From Microthyrium microscopicum (lineage: Eukaryota), in contig MU004233.1 of NCBI GenBank assembly GCA_010405405.1, forward strand, positions 2,644,539 through 2,708,538: 64,000 nucleotides of DNA, in the 5' to 3' direction. The translations under genes were made by a program, and so were the position numbers. This document shows positions 1 to 12,585 of this stretch, piece by piece. The notes beneath the pieces were generated by a model that had not been told where the DNA came from, made no database searches, and saw only the letters and a list, made by a program, of their open reading frames with translations. Position 1 is the stretch's first letter. Every line of letters begins with the position of its first letter.

Positions 1-2195
1 AAGATCGATGCGATCACTATGGCAGAGCTTGGTCAAAAATCCACAGGAAACACTAAACGATCAATTTGATGTCATCATGCGAGACTTGCTCAAACACGTT
101 CTTGGCCGAGAATGGCGAGCAAGAGAAGCCTCTTGTCGAGCCATCGCAGACCTGATCCAAGATCGTAAGTTTGAGAGATATGAGAAGTATATGGATGAGA
201 TTTGGACTTGTTGTTCTAAGGTCATGGACGACATCAAAGGCTCTGTCCGTGAAGCAGCCAAGGGCCTCTCCCGCACTCTTACTGCCATCTTGGTTCGCAA
301 CTTGGAGACTGGTGAGCCATCCAAGGCACTTCTGGGAATGCTTGGACATACCATTCCATTCTTACTTGATCCTGCCCGAATCGATTCAGCAGCAGAGGAC
401 GTGAAAGCTTGGTCAGTTTCTACACTGCTCACCATCATCAAAAAGAGCAAAGGGTCTGTTCTCGAGGAATGGATCCCTCTCCTACTAGAATCATTCATCA
501 CACTATTCAGTTCTCTCGAACCAGCAGCAGTCAACTATCTCCACCTCAACGCAGCAAAATACAACACCACCGCATCAGAAATCGACGGCATGCGTCTCCA
601 AGCCACAAGACAAAGTCCGCTGATGGAAGCACTCGAGACACTTCTTGACATGCCATACAAGAACCCTGATACACCCAACAAAATCATCATCGTCGTTGAG
701 CAATCTATGCAACGCATGATCGGCATGCCTTCATTGACGGCTACTAGTCGTATCATAGTCACCATGTTTGTCCGCCATCATGCTCGATATAAGGAGTTCG
801 CAGACAGACTGTTGACCGGTATTCGAAAGCCATTGACGGATCGAAACGATACTGTTTCCAGCTCTTTTGCTTATACGGTTGGGTATATTGCTCGCTGGGC
901 TTCGGACCAGGAAATCAAAAAGATTGCTGATTATGGCGTCAAGCTTTGGCGTACGTCTGAAGCAGATAGACATCGAGAGGTGGGTGCGGAGATCTTCCAG
1001 GCTATCTCTAAGCAGGCATCTGAGAAATTTGCTGGCTTGTCCGGGTATCTGTTGCCTTTTGTGTTCGTGGGTAAGCATGATGATCAGGAAAGCGTCAAGG
1101 AGATTTTCTCCAAGACCTGGAGTGATAGCACTAGTGGCTCGAGAGTCATTATGCTTCATCTGACTGCTATGGTTGAGCTGGCTTCTACTATGCTCGATGA
1201 TCCAAAGTGGGCGATGAAGCATGCTGGAGCTAGAGCGATTGCTGAAGCAACCGATGTGATCGCCGGGCTAGACGCTCTCGTTGCGCCTGAAGAAGCTCCA
1301 AAGGTCTGGCCTGCGCTGGCCAAGGCACTGGGTGGAAAGACATGGGAAGGCAAGGAGGTTGTTCTCCAAGCCTTTGGCAAATTCGTTGAAAAAGTAGCAC
1401 CCTTTTGGCAGAAAGATCCGGCCGTTGCTTCTGAGATGACCAAGGCAAGTTCCTTATACTTAAAGTTTTGCGTATTCACTAATCAATAGTTTAGATCATG
1501 CTGCGAGAAGCACGACGCCAAAATCGTGACTATCAGCGACACTCTTTCCCGGTCCTGGGGCAATTCGCTGGTGCTCGTACAGATCTCGATCTAGGCGAGC
1601 AAGTACTAGAAATCGTATCACCCCTCGTCGATGATTTGGTGTCCGCTGAAGACTCTATGGATGTCGATGGCGAAGACAAAGTCAAAGATATCGTTCGTGA
1701 TGACTTGCTAGCCGGCGCGATCACATCTTCAGCGAAATCCTTCAAGTCGACAGTGATCAAGGACAACGGTTTGTGCCATTCCAGAACACTTCATGGTCTA
1801 GCTAACACATCCCAGACTTCGCCCCTAGATTCATGTCCTTCCTCGACATGGCCGTCAAAGCCAACTCCGTTCAAAGCAGACATGTCTCCATATCTCTCTT
1901 CGAAGTACTGGAACCTCTATTGAGCTCCATCGATACTTCCAGAGCCGATCTACTCAAGTCAAAGGAGTCTCAGATCGCTTCAAGACTCAAGGTTCTTCTA
2001 TTCAAACCTCAGTATGCCTCTTATGGCGCAGACACCAAACTCAAGCGCGCCAAAGCGATCCACGCGGTAGCGAAGATTCCGTCAAAGAGTTTAGGTAAAG
2101 CGGTATTGGAGGAATCGCTAGGTTCTGAGGCAAAGTCCGAGCCTACGGATGCTGTAAGAGAAGAGCTTTTTAAAGCTGTCAAAGCTATCGAGTGA
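1..2195 (+). CDS. ECM29: Proteasome adaptor Ecm29, 3' part (HEAT repeats); introns 1445-1494 (GC-AG) and 1769-1815
   Basis: Motifs W-R-x-REASCRAIADL and DDIKGSVR, LEPAAVNYL resemble Ecm29. Both introns have CTAAY branch sites and join the three ORFs in frame. Confidence 0.9.
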
Positions 2196-3139
2196 AAGTA
2201 AGATTAGTGTGGTTGATATAATACCTTTGTAGGCTTTAGGTTGAATTGAAACAGCGTTCATGTACGAGAAGGAAGTCAATGCTATGCTGCAGTGTTATCT
2301 CAGCACCATCTGTAAATCAATTAGCGTGATAGCCCTGCCATGCTGTTCAATGTTTCCTACTCATCTCGAGGTTGATTCATCATCCACCGCAGCCGCCAAT
2401 AATCACGGGCCATGGCCATTGATTGGTGGCTGCCCGACTTTAGCCTGAACGCTGATAATGTCACTAATACCGCTTTTCCTGTAGTTCTGAATTCACCTGG
2501 AAGGGTAAAGTCCAAATCAGAAAATGTTTCAAGATGACTTAGGTAGCCCGTTGACCAAAATTTGACCTACTCCAGCAACCATTATTATTCTTACCAAAAC
2601 CTTCAAGCGGACCAAGAAAACCCATTTCAAACACACGACGCAAATGCGAAATTCCTGGTTTCAGGGAGCTATGGCTAAGTATGATAGCATATTGGTCGCC
2701 GTGGAGCGTGGAGGAGCGAGAGAGAAGCCTGCAAGGATGAGGTCTAATTCAGCGAATAGCTAGCTTAAGATGGCATAGTATAGTATCAATAATGCTAGTT
2801 ACGCTACTTAATTAAGTGTTGATATTTCCCGGACTAGAGATGAATCGCAGTGACCAAGGCGAATTTTGCCTCGCATTCGCCCTAGACTCGCCGTACAATG
2901 AAACTTTATTTCAACTTCATAGAGCATCCGTACGAGCTTTGAATACACAAGTTCTCACGTCTTGACATTCAGTACTTGTCTTTGATGAAACTGATGTGAC
3001 ATATATAGCGAAACTTCTCAGTCCAACCAGTCTTACCGGCCTCCAGAAGCCAAGACTGTAATCCAGTCAATCTTTGTGACTTGGATCAGACGACCTCGGT
3101 GTGCAAACGCTCGTCGCCTACTTTTCTCCAGTCAAAACT

Positions 3140-4185
3140 ACATGGGGCTGTTAACAACTCTGTCATACATCGTACGAGCCATTTTGAAACCCCCATCATC
3201 CGTGCCATGGACTATTGATAGTTGACTCCCACCTTTTCACAAGGGATGATGGCGGCATGCCTGACCAAGTAAATTATGATCGTGCCATACGATCGAGGGG
3301 TGTTCAGGAATGCATATTGGCTCCATATTCATTCCTGTCGTACTCGCTGTCGAGCTCACACCGCCTCAATCCAAGCTGTTTCGAAGAAAAAAATCCCGCC
3401 GCGGGAACCCGCCAGGGGTTCTTTCTGCCAGCGAATGCGTCCAGAAAACATCCCTTGAAAAGGCGTTGAGACTGGAGCACATGCCCCGATACCGTAGGTC
3501 TTGCCGTGCCATGGAAAAAAAGGACCCCTTGAATGCAAAGTGTTGTTGTGGATTTCGTCTGATGAACCAACAAAGAAAATTCATGTTCGTGGATTCGGAC
3601 ACAGGACCGAGAGACGGTAGAAGCCGCAGACTAAGCTACGGGAACGGAAAGCGGAAGAGGTTCCCCGGCGCTTGAAATCAGTCGAGGGGTGTTCAAACAG
3701 GTCACAGGCTGGCCTCTGCGGACCGCATGGGCGGTTAACGAGGTTGGGTCGCGGGTCTCAAAGAATGATAATCGCTTGTAACTGGTGCCAGCAAAACACG
3801 CGCTGGAGGGCGGGTCTATCCGTCGTCCGTCCAACATACCTCTTTGGACCCCGAAGTGAACGACAGGATTGACCATTGACTGCAGCACAACACACACAAC
3901 TTCTCTGTGGCGGTTGGAAAGTCTGAGACAAGTTGACAAGGAAGCGAGATGCAAACTGGCCATTATAACGGCTTTCGCGAGCTGCTCGGTGGCCTCTTCT
4001 TTTAGCCCACGCGACTTTTTCGATCCAGAGGTTCAAGTCTTGTCGATACGAGCTGTAGGTACTAGCGACTTTGAAGGTACAATTCGTACATCAAATATCC
4101 CTCCACATGTCCCCAGCTCATCTCATTTGATCTCCTAGTAGTAGTGGCCCCCTCCATCCACGTAACTTGGCCGATATGTACATCG
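3140..4185 (+). ncRNA. Candidate structured ncRNA (unclassified)
   Basis: Nested complementary segments with + strand G-U pairs, TATATA at 3002, no credible ORF, located between convergent genes. Confidence 0.35.
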
Positions 4186-5686
4186 CCGCCCAAATCAACA
4201 GAGGCTAATGCAGCAAAATTCCCACACCACCATCAACCACTTTATTTTGTGTCAGAATACTCCAAACCCTTGCCTTTCCACAAACTGTGAGGCAAGATAG
4301 AAGAGCCGAATTGAAAAAGTGCACAGAAAGGAAGATAACATTCAGGCCTCCTCATCAGGCCCCTTCACCGCCCGCCGTCAATCGGAAACTTTCTTCAAAG
4401 ATCCTTGATTCTTGCATTTGTGTGTTGGCCCATTTGGCCGCGTCCAACGCCATAGCCGCCAGAAAATTCCCAAAAAAAAAGAAGATGAATGACCAACTCT
4501 CCCAAAGAAAATGAAAAAGCGGCTGGTTTTTGGCGCTATGCTCTGCGAAATGCTAACATCCTATCCACTAACCAGACAAATCGTCTCTGTTACACAGCAC
4601 AAGTACACTTCGAGAAGACACACTGGACCGTGCAGCTCAAGTGACGCCTACATTTCCAATGAGATGTCGACCATTTTTGTCCAAACTACCAGAAATAGAA
4701 ATGTACATTGTCTCGGAAAACGACCCAATCCATAGACTTGGAAAGCGGGTGCCTTATCCGAGTCATTTGTGTACATCAAGTGCAAGTTACACAGATTCAG
4801 AGAAAGACTACACAACGTCGTTCAGAACATAGAGTACATCCACAACAAATACCCGCGATATCAATGACCAAGGGCGAAAGCAGTTGACCAGTTCAACATG
4901 CAAGCCTCTCTCGCCTACAGTACTCTGCTATTACTTTCTTAGTTAGCAGAAGGATTCACCAAGTTTTGCTGCTAATGTCTGTGCAACCGATGTGATAGAG
5001 TAGCTGCATGCCCCACACCTAACCGCCAGTTTACACTATCAAAATTTCGAATCCCCACCCGCGAATTCAAGTCAACGACACGACGAATTGTTGAGAGAAT
5101 TGACTTGATATTCCCATTAATCCATTCCAGGTCTAAGCCCCACTGGTCAATTGCCAATTAGTTCGGACAAGGCCGGTCCCATACCGCTGGGTCCATCTAA
5201 GTAAGGTAGAGTAGTAGCTAAGGCCTATTTCGCTTTTATTCCTCGCTCGTCAGCCCACTGATAAAAATGCAATAATCCCAAACAGTCTGCGTGCTTCTGC
5301 AGCCTGTGTCCCCGGGATCACTCAGCACCGAGGCCCTCCAGAAAGTGAAAGGAAAAAAACAACAATCCCGGTTTTTGCTCCAATGGCACTGGCCAATATC
5401 CCATCAATTGTCCATCTGATCGCTTGACCAGCCAGAAAGAACCTCGTCATCCAGTATTTTGTGCAGAAAGACATTGCAGTCGTGTTTTTTTTCCCGCTTT
5501 AACTGGTGTTGATCGAAAGCATTTCCCAGTTAAACGCGGCATAAACCGACCAGCCATGATTTGCAGAAAATCATCCGCCGTTGTGCTTTTTTAAACCAAT
5601 TGACTCTTTTCTCTGATCCGAGCTAAAGCGTTCGTAGAGTGCATGTGGGCAATTATAGCCGACTTCAAATCGTGGCTTTTTCCTGT

Positions 5687-7358
5687 TCAAACAAACCAAG
5701 CTCTTCCCACTAGCATACACGCAACGATCATCAACCCAAGCGCCAACGTACTCTGCATGCAGGTTTCGGTCCGGAATGGCCAGAATCGTGGCAGCCGTGA
5801 TAGCAGATTGGATCGGCCTTGACTGAGCCATTCCCAGAGAGGCCAACTTGGTCGTTCGGTACCAGAGACTTTGCGAATAATCTTGGCAGGGCTTCCATAT
5901 GCGAGATGATATGCTGGTATATCCTTCATACCAGTCAGCTGGATAGATTTTCTCCAAAAAAAAAAACAAGGCCCGCAACGAAGGGGAAATTTTGGAGCAA
6001 AAAGAGAAAACGAGACAAGGGGGGTGGGATCCCTTGGTTAAGGATTATGGTCGAAAGACCAGATTCTCCCAAATAAATCCCACGAGACAAGGCTGAGATC
6101 GTAGCAAAGTGTATTGGGAGTGTGATACGAGTTTGTATGGTAGTACCAGGGAGTGAACTTTGACGGATGTACGAGATCACGCCGCACCCTCCCCTTGGCA
6201 ACATGACAGACGGGTACTTGCCGCGAATAGGGAAATGGGAGAAAATTGAAGAGGGAATTATGCAGGATGGAAATCCAGAAAACTCACCTTAGTAATAAGG
6301 CTATTTGCGCCAATGACGCAGCCTTTACCAACATTAACACCTCCGAGAATGGTAACATGCCCTCCTATCCAGCAGTCGTCCTCGATCGTGACATCCATTC
6401 CGAAGCTGGGAGCACCTGCAGGTCCATTACGAAGCGTATGGTCTGGAACATGGGTCAGCGGTGAGGTTGACAAGACACAGATCAAAGAAATATCGAAGAC
6501 ATATCAGAAGGGTAGGAATTAATATTCCAGATTGACGCTTGGGAAGCAAGGATGTGTGATGTGCTGCAAGCAATGGATCAATCTGCAAGAAATGATTCAA
6601 ACAGACCAATGAACCTAAACAAAATCCCCGCAAAAGGGAAAAAAGGTGCAAGGCAAAAAGCAAAACACCAAGGTCTGTCAAATGTTGCTCGCGAGATCCT
6701 AATTCGACTTACCAAGTGGATGACCAACGGCATATATTGAAAAGTCTGGGCCGATCAAGCAACGTTCGCCGATCCGAACGCTTCGTACTGGAGTGTCGAG
6801 GATTTTGCAACCTCTGTTGATGAAGGTAGATGTCGCAATGTCAACACATGAACCATAGTCAACGTGGAGAGGCGGTTTGATGTAAGGGGCGAGCCCTTGA
6901 CCTGGGAACCGCTTGGGTTGAGGAAAAGTATCCGACGGCGCAGTTGAGGCTGGAGTCGAGGTCGTTGACTCGCTGCACTCTGAACTGGGGTCTGATGTCG
7001 CGGCATCGGGAGAGCTTCCGGCGGCAGGGAGGTTCAAGGCTGGCAGTGGGGAAGCCAGTGGAGGAGTGGACAGTGTTGGTCCAGCTTTGAACTGCAGCTG
7101 GGATTGGCCCGCGTTGATGATACTGTATTGGTGAGCTGGTTAGCATTTGGACACGTCTAGAGACAAGGCAGCTGCACTGCTGCAGATGGATCTATGGAAG
7201 CCTTGAACTTACGCGTGGTAGAGAGCTGCACGCTGCTCGGCGGATGCCTCTTCACCCTGTGAGTTGTAGTCTTGACATGCAATGGCGGCACGTAGCCTTG
7301 CAGCGCGGTAGTCCTGGTTGCCGGCCGGGAATTCGGTTCTCTGTTTGTAAGGTGCCAT
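5687..7358 (-). CDS. Maltose/galactoside O-acetyltransferase-like LbH hexapeptide protein; introns 7123-7212, 6443-6712, 5924-6287
   Basis: Spliced product contains PPLHVDYG, FINRGCKILD, VTIEDDCWIGGHVTILGGVNVGKGCVIGANSLITKDIPAYHLAYGSPAKIIR. Splice phases checked. Confidence 0.88.
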
Positions 7359-7973
7359 GGAAGATGATTTGTAGATCACCGAGGCACGGAGAGGAAGGTA
7401 ATGTATAGCTATACGAGTGTGGAATGGCGAAGTTGTGTGGCCTTTTGGGCGCAATGCGATTTTTATAGGATTTGAGTAGTACAGCGGTGAAAGGAAAGGC
7501 AACACTTGGAATGGGATAATGTAACAGTTTCAATGCCAAGTAAAAGAACCGACTAGTGTCGTAGAGAGTAAGTAGTTTGCAGTAAATAGCAAGATGGTGA
7601 ATGCGGATAGCTTTGAAGATACGGTTGGGGAAAGGCCTCTACTAAATGTGAGCGTTTGATAGCCGGAATTGAACCCCTTGATCTGCTGGCCACTGTTCTT
7701 TGCTCTTTGCTGTTCCTTGGTGCGGCACTATGGGCAGCGGGCCGTACAGTACATTACAGAGGTACTGCGAGACAGCCTCGTGCATATCAGCCATGAGATG
7801 TCCGCTAAAGGGTCTAAGACGATCGACTATTAGTCTCTCCCTTGCCGAACTTGGATCTCTAGTCTACTCACCCAACATTTGTAAATTTCATTTATACCGG
7901 CCTCAATCCGCGTATCTCTTGCCTGCACGCAGTTGCCGAAGATCCTCTTGGTTTCTCTTTTTTTTATCCTTGT

Positions 7974-9487
7974 TCATCGTGGAACCATCTGATCTATCTG
8001 TACTCTCTTGTCTTCACCGGCACTGCCAATTCCTACCTCTTTATCCCAGAATACCGAGAAAACTTTGATGCCGTCTCCCGCTACTTTACGCTCGTCGTTT
8101 GCAATGCTCTCTCGTCGAATGACGTAGACACTTTCGCAAACTTGCCCAGTTCCTCCCACCGCAAGACCAGATGCTGATTTCCCATCCATTCGAACACTTC
8201 GTAAATCCCAGATTCTGCAAGTGCCATCGTGACTTGCACTGACAAGCCCCCAAGGCTTTTCTGGCTCAGCCGCAGCGCTGACGATTGCACCGGCATGTCC
8301 TCGGAGGGTCAACCCGGTAACATCTCTTACATCAACACGAGGGTCAATCATGGCAATATGTCTAGCGCTAGTACCTGTAGCAAGTAACCCGAGATCCGGC
8401 ATTTCGGTAACGCATAGTAATGGATTGAGAAGGCGGCGGGTTGACACTTCGGCTCCAGTAACTAGATCCCATGTAACAAGGGTTTGATCCCACGAGGTAG
8501 AATAGCCAACCGTTGAATCTTTGGCAGAAAAGATGGCACCACTGACAGGACCAGTATGTCTTTTCAATAGGCTGAGAGGTCCTCGTTGTGGACCAGGCTG
8601 AAAGGCTGCTGATTGTTCAAGTTTCCTCCGTTTGGCTGCCCCAGGTAATGCACTTGGAAGCAGGGAATCGGGCGGCTGGGGACCTTCCGACTTCCGCGTA
8701 GACCATAGACCAACTGTGTGGTCTGAGGATCCAGATAGTATGCGAGAAGAGGGAGCATGCACAGAAATGCTGTCGACGCTCGATCGGTGGCCATAGAGGT
8801 CGAGAATTGGTGTAAAAGTACCTGAAACTTGCATCGAACCACCAGTGACACCATTTTCTTCGTATTTCCAGACACGCACGACTCTGTCACTGCCAGCAGA
8901 GACGATTTTGGATGTGGTCAGGAAACAGGCCGCATTGATCGGTTGGCCGGATGTGGGCTTGGAAACGGCAAGTAAATCCGAAGATTTTGACCACATTCGA
9001 ATAAGACCATCATAGCTAGCGGATAGAATTCTAGGATCTTTGATGGGAGAAGATGTGCCATCCTGATCCTGTAACAAGACTGACGATGTTTGTGAGACTA
9101 CATCGACAGCCGAGATCCAGTCCTCGTGCTCAAAAGAGACGACATGCGAGGGTGGAATCAAGGCCCTAACGTACTCGACTGAAAGAGTAACTTCGGAAGA
9201 GATGCCATTGGCTGTTAGAAATTCGTCGATGGTAGTGCGCAGGAATTGACCGTTGATCAAAAACTCAAATGGGATAGGCTTTTCATTTTCCAATAAATTG
9301 TTGACAAGAGTTGAAAGAGCAATTCTCCGGAGGCCTTACATGAAGTTAGGAAACTTAGCGTCATCAAAGAGATAGGAGGAGACATACCGGTGGACACAAG
9401 AATTGGGCCTGTATTCTCTGGTAACTTGATGGTTACGTCTGGGTCGCGCGACTCCAGCTGGATTCGGATTTGAGCGGTTTTGTCCAT
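7974..9487 (-). CDS. YTM1: Ribosome biogenesis WD40 protein Ytm1 (NLE domain + WD repeats); intron 9335-9387
   Basis: LRRIALSTLVNNLLENEKPIPFEFLINGQFLRT and FEHEDWISAVD followed by WD repeats. Confidence 0.95.
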
Positions 9488-9946
9488 GCTTTTGATGTTA
9501 TCTTCCCCGGTTCCACAATTACTAGCAACCAGTCTGACAGTGGTAAGGGGTGTCCGTGAAGATCAGATGGGATAAGACGGCGACAAAGTTGCGCTTGGAT
9601 ACTGAGTGTGTTCAAATTCTCAAGATGGTCGTGATATTTTTTTGCAGGGGTCAAAAATGGGCAACGCTGGATGACGTTAGGCGCGCTAGGAGGCACGTGC
9701 GCTAGTTGCTACAAGGCTGGATCTGGCCATAAGGCTGGCAGCACACGATTGTCCAGACAGACACGACCGTCAATGGCGAACAAGAAATTCAGGTACAAGA
9801 CGAGGGAGCTTTAATGATTCGCAGCACACAATGGTTGCAGCCACAATTATTAAGTCATTGCCGCAGCTCATAAAATGTTATACCAGCACATCTAATTTAC
9901 AATTTCACCGCTCGTCAAGCCTTCATGTCTTGTTGCTTCGGACCTT

Positions 9947-12585
9947 CTATGCCCGTTTAATAACACGAATCGCCTCCTTCCGATGACTAGAATCCGCAAA
10001 CAGCGCCTGCACCAAATCCACAACCTCATCCGCCGAAAACTCCAAACTCAGCTCGCCTTCCGTCCACAAATACTTGATATCCGCCAACGACGCCTCCAAG
10101 ATCTCGCCCAGATACCTAAAACGGAACCAATCTGGAGTATACACATGCACCAAATTGCTCGTCTCTTCCTCACCATCATTTGTGGGCGAGTCGAATAGGT
10201 CTGATAGACCAGCGACATTGTCACAGAAGGATTTTAGCATCTTACTCTGCTCTTCTGAGATGCCTGATGGATCGTCTGCGCGCTCTAACACATCTGAGGA
10301 CATCTGTTTGAGTAGCGTGCCTACTAGGCTACCGAGGCTTTGTAGACGGTCGGAATTGCTGAGGATGTTGGTCCAGGAGCGGTCGACATCGCGGACGCGG
10401 TTGATGGCATCTTGAATTATAGCGCTGTACTGCGCGGCGTTGAGGGGTGCGGTGCAATTGATGAAGCCGGACGTGGAAGAAAGGATGTCGGAGAGTATGG
10501 TGCGTTGCGAGTCCATTTCGCGACCGTAAGCACGGCGGGAGTAGGGAAGAAGAGCGGCAATGTCAGAGTCGAAGGTGCGGAGACGTTTGCTGAGTGGGTG
10601 AGTAGTTGAGAGCCTGGAGAGCAGGGTGGAGAGTTGCGAGTGTAAATGGACAGAGTCGTTGTATATCAGCATGTTGCCGGCTGGTTCGCTGGTGTAATAG
10701 GTACTGGCAGTGGCGCGATACATGGCGAGTAGTAGGGTTGGTATGGTCGATAGGCCTAGTGTTGCGGGAGCAATGGTTGGTACGGGGAAGTCAGGGGATG
10801 ACAGTGTGCTGGCGTCGGAGATGATTTGGTTGATAAGGTCGATAATTCCATCTGGTATAGAAGTGACTGTGTAGTTTTCTCGGAGTGTGATCTCTTTCGT
10901 TGTAGGTTGTTGCTTATGTGCCTTTCCATTTGCTTTTGCTTTCGATGGTGATTTAGAAATTGCAGCGGGTTTTGCAGGCGACTTTTCTGCCTCGTCAGCT
11001 TCATCGCCATCGTCTCCCCATCCCCAGGCACCCGCTTCTTCATCTTCTTGAGTTTTCTCTTCGGCTTTTGGTCCTTTCGAAGTTTCTTCTGCAGCTGGTT
11101 CGTCATCCCAAGCACTAGTGTCTTCTTCTTCCACAGCTTCATTGCCTTGAGGTTCTTCCTCTTCTCCCCAGCCAGCATCCCATTCATCGTTTGTACCATT
11201 TTCAGGTGTTTCTTCTTCCAATGGCTGTTCGCTTGGATCAGCATACATCACATCATCACTAGACACTAGCTGCGTCTCTATTCTCTCAGCCATCTTTTGT
11301 CTCTTTATATTTTGATAGCACATCTCTCTCATATCCGCCAGAGCAACCTCCTTGCGTTTGGCCAGCCAGGTCTGCGGAATCTTCTTAAGCCACACAGCGA
11401 GGTCGGCATCGCTGGGCATGTCCACTTCCGATTTCGAAATGAAAAGCGATAGCTCTTCAACCTTCGTGGTAATTTCCTTGAAAGTTTCCAGATTCGTAAG
11501 TTTCAGGGGCATTGCCGGATCGAGCCAATTCGAGACGAGTTGAAGAATCAGTGAAGGTAGTATAGTGTCCAGAAGTTGCGCCGAAATTGATCGTGGTAGC
11601 GCCGTTGATATGAAGTTGACAATAGCGTAAATGTCATCAATCATATCCAACACCGAGCCCTCCTGTTCACTTTTCACCAACCGTATCTCACCCTCCCCTT
11701 TCTCGACTCTCCAGAAATTCTTGCCCTTCGACCGATTCATCCGTGGCCCAAGAACACTCGAATCCAATTCCCGATGCAACCTACTCACACACCCATCTCT
11801 AACCCCCAGCGTCCCCAACGCCTCAATAACAGTCTCCAAATCCATCGCCTCACTATCCTCCCTCTTAACAACAACCCGTCCACCATCAACATTAACCAAC
11901 CGCCCCCAAACACCCAACACCTCCTTCACAACCCCCTCCCTCACACTCCCCACCCGTCTCCCCAGCACCGCCACCGCCCTACTCTCCCCAATCCCCGCGC
12001 CATCCCTCCTCAACCCACCCACCACCATCTCCGCATTTAAAACCTTCTCCAACGCACCACCCAGCTCCTGTCCATCAAGCGCATTCCGCGCCCCATCAAC
12101 CAGCCCAGCCGCAACCTGCAAAGTATCCAAAACCCCTTCTAAACCGACACTAAACTCCAACTCCCTCTGCAGCAGCGCGACTTTGCCCGCCGCATCATGG
12201 ACGCGTGCGCCTAGACTTTTCGCGTGTTCGGCCGCTTCGACAATTGCGCGCGCAGATGAGCGGGAGTGGGCGATGGATGTTTGGAGGGCGGTGGCTTGGG
12301 TTAGCCAGGTATCAATTGATGGGGCGGAAGAGGATGAGAGGGTGCGGATTTCAGCCTTTTACACGCAAATTGTCAGCTTTCATGATACAAGTGCATGGAT
12401 AGAGAGAGGGGGGGTTGTGTATTTACTTTGACATCTTCTTCGGCTTTGCTGACGAGCTCGAGAATGGAGGGTATGTTGGTCGACGTCAGCGTGGTTGAGA
12501 CTGTCTGCTCATCGTCAGGGTATGCGCCGGTTTGGACGAATGTGAGGACAGAGGAGGCGACCGCTGAAGATGGGTCCGTCGACAT
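9947..12585 (-). CDS. Dsl1/ZW10-family retrograde tethering protein; intron 12356-12426
   Basis: Acidic Trp-rich lasso (WDAGWGEEE, AWGWGDD) and C-terminal ILEASLADIKYLWTEGELSLEF...LVQALFADS. Confidence 0.85.

Noticed and set aside
3559..3582. CTGATGA...GAAA hammerhead-like core
   Set aside because: No stem II between the motifs and no flanking stems I/III.
2200..5680. Telomerase RNA as the identity of the structured gap
   Set aside because: No TAACCCTAA-type template and no ATAAGT terminal donor found on either strand; possible only if the telomere repeat is atypical.
7658..7680. GGTTCAATTCC tRNA T-loop/B-box-like motif (minus strand)
   Set aside because: No 5-bp T-stem and no cloverleaf.
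11700..12170. Strongly C-rich tract on the + strand
   Set aside because: It is the G-rich (Gly/Val/Glu) coding strand of DSL1, not a repeat.
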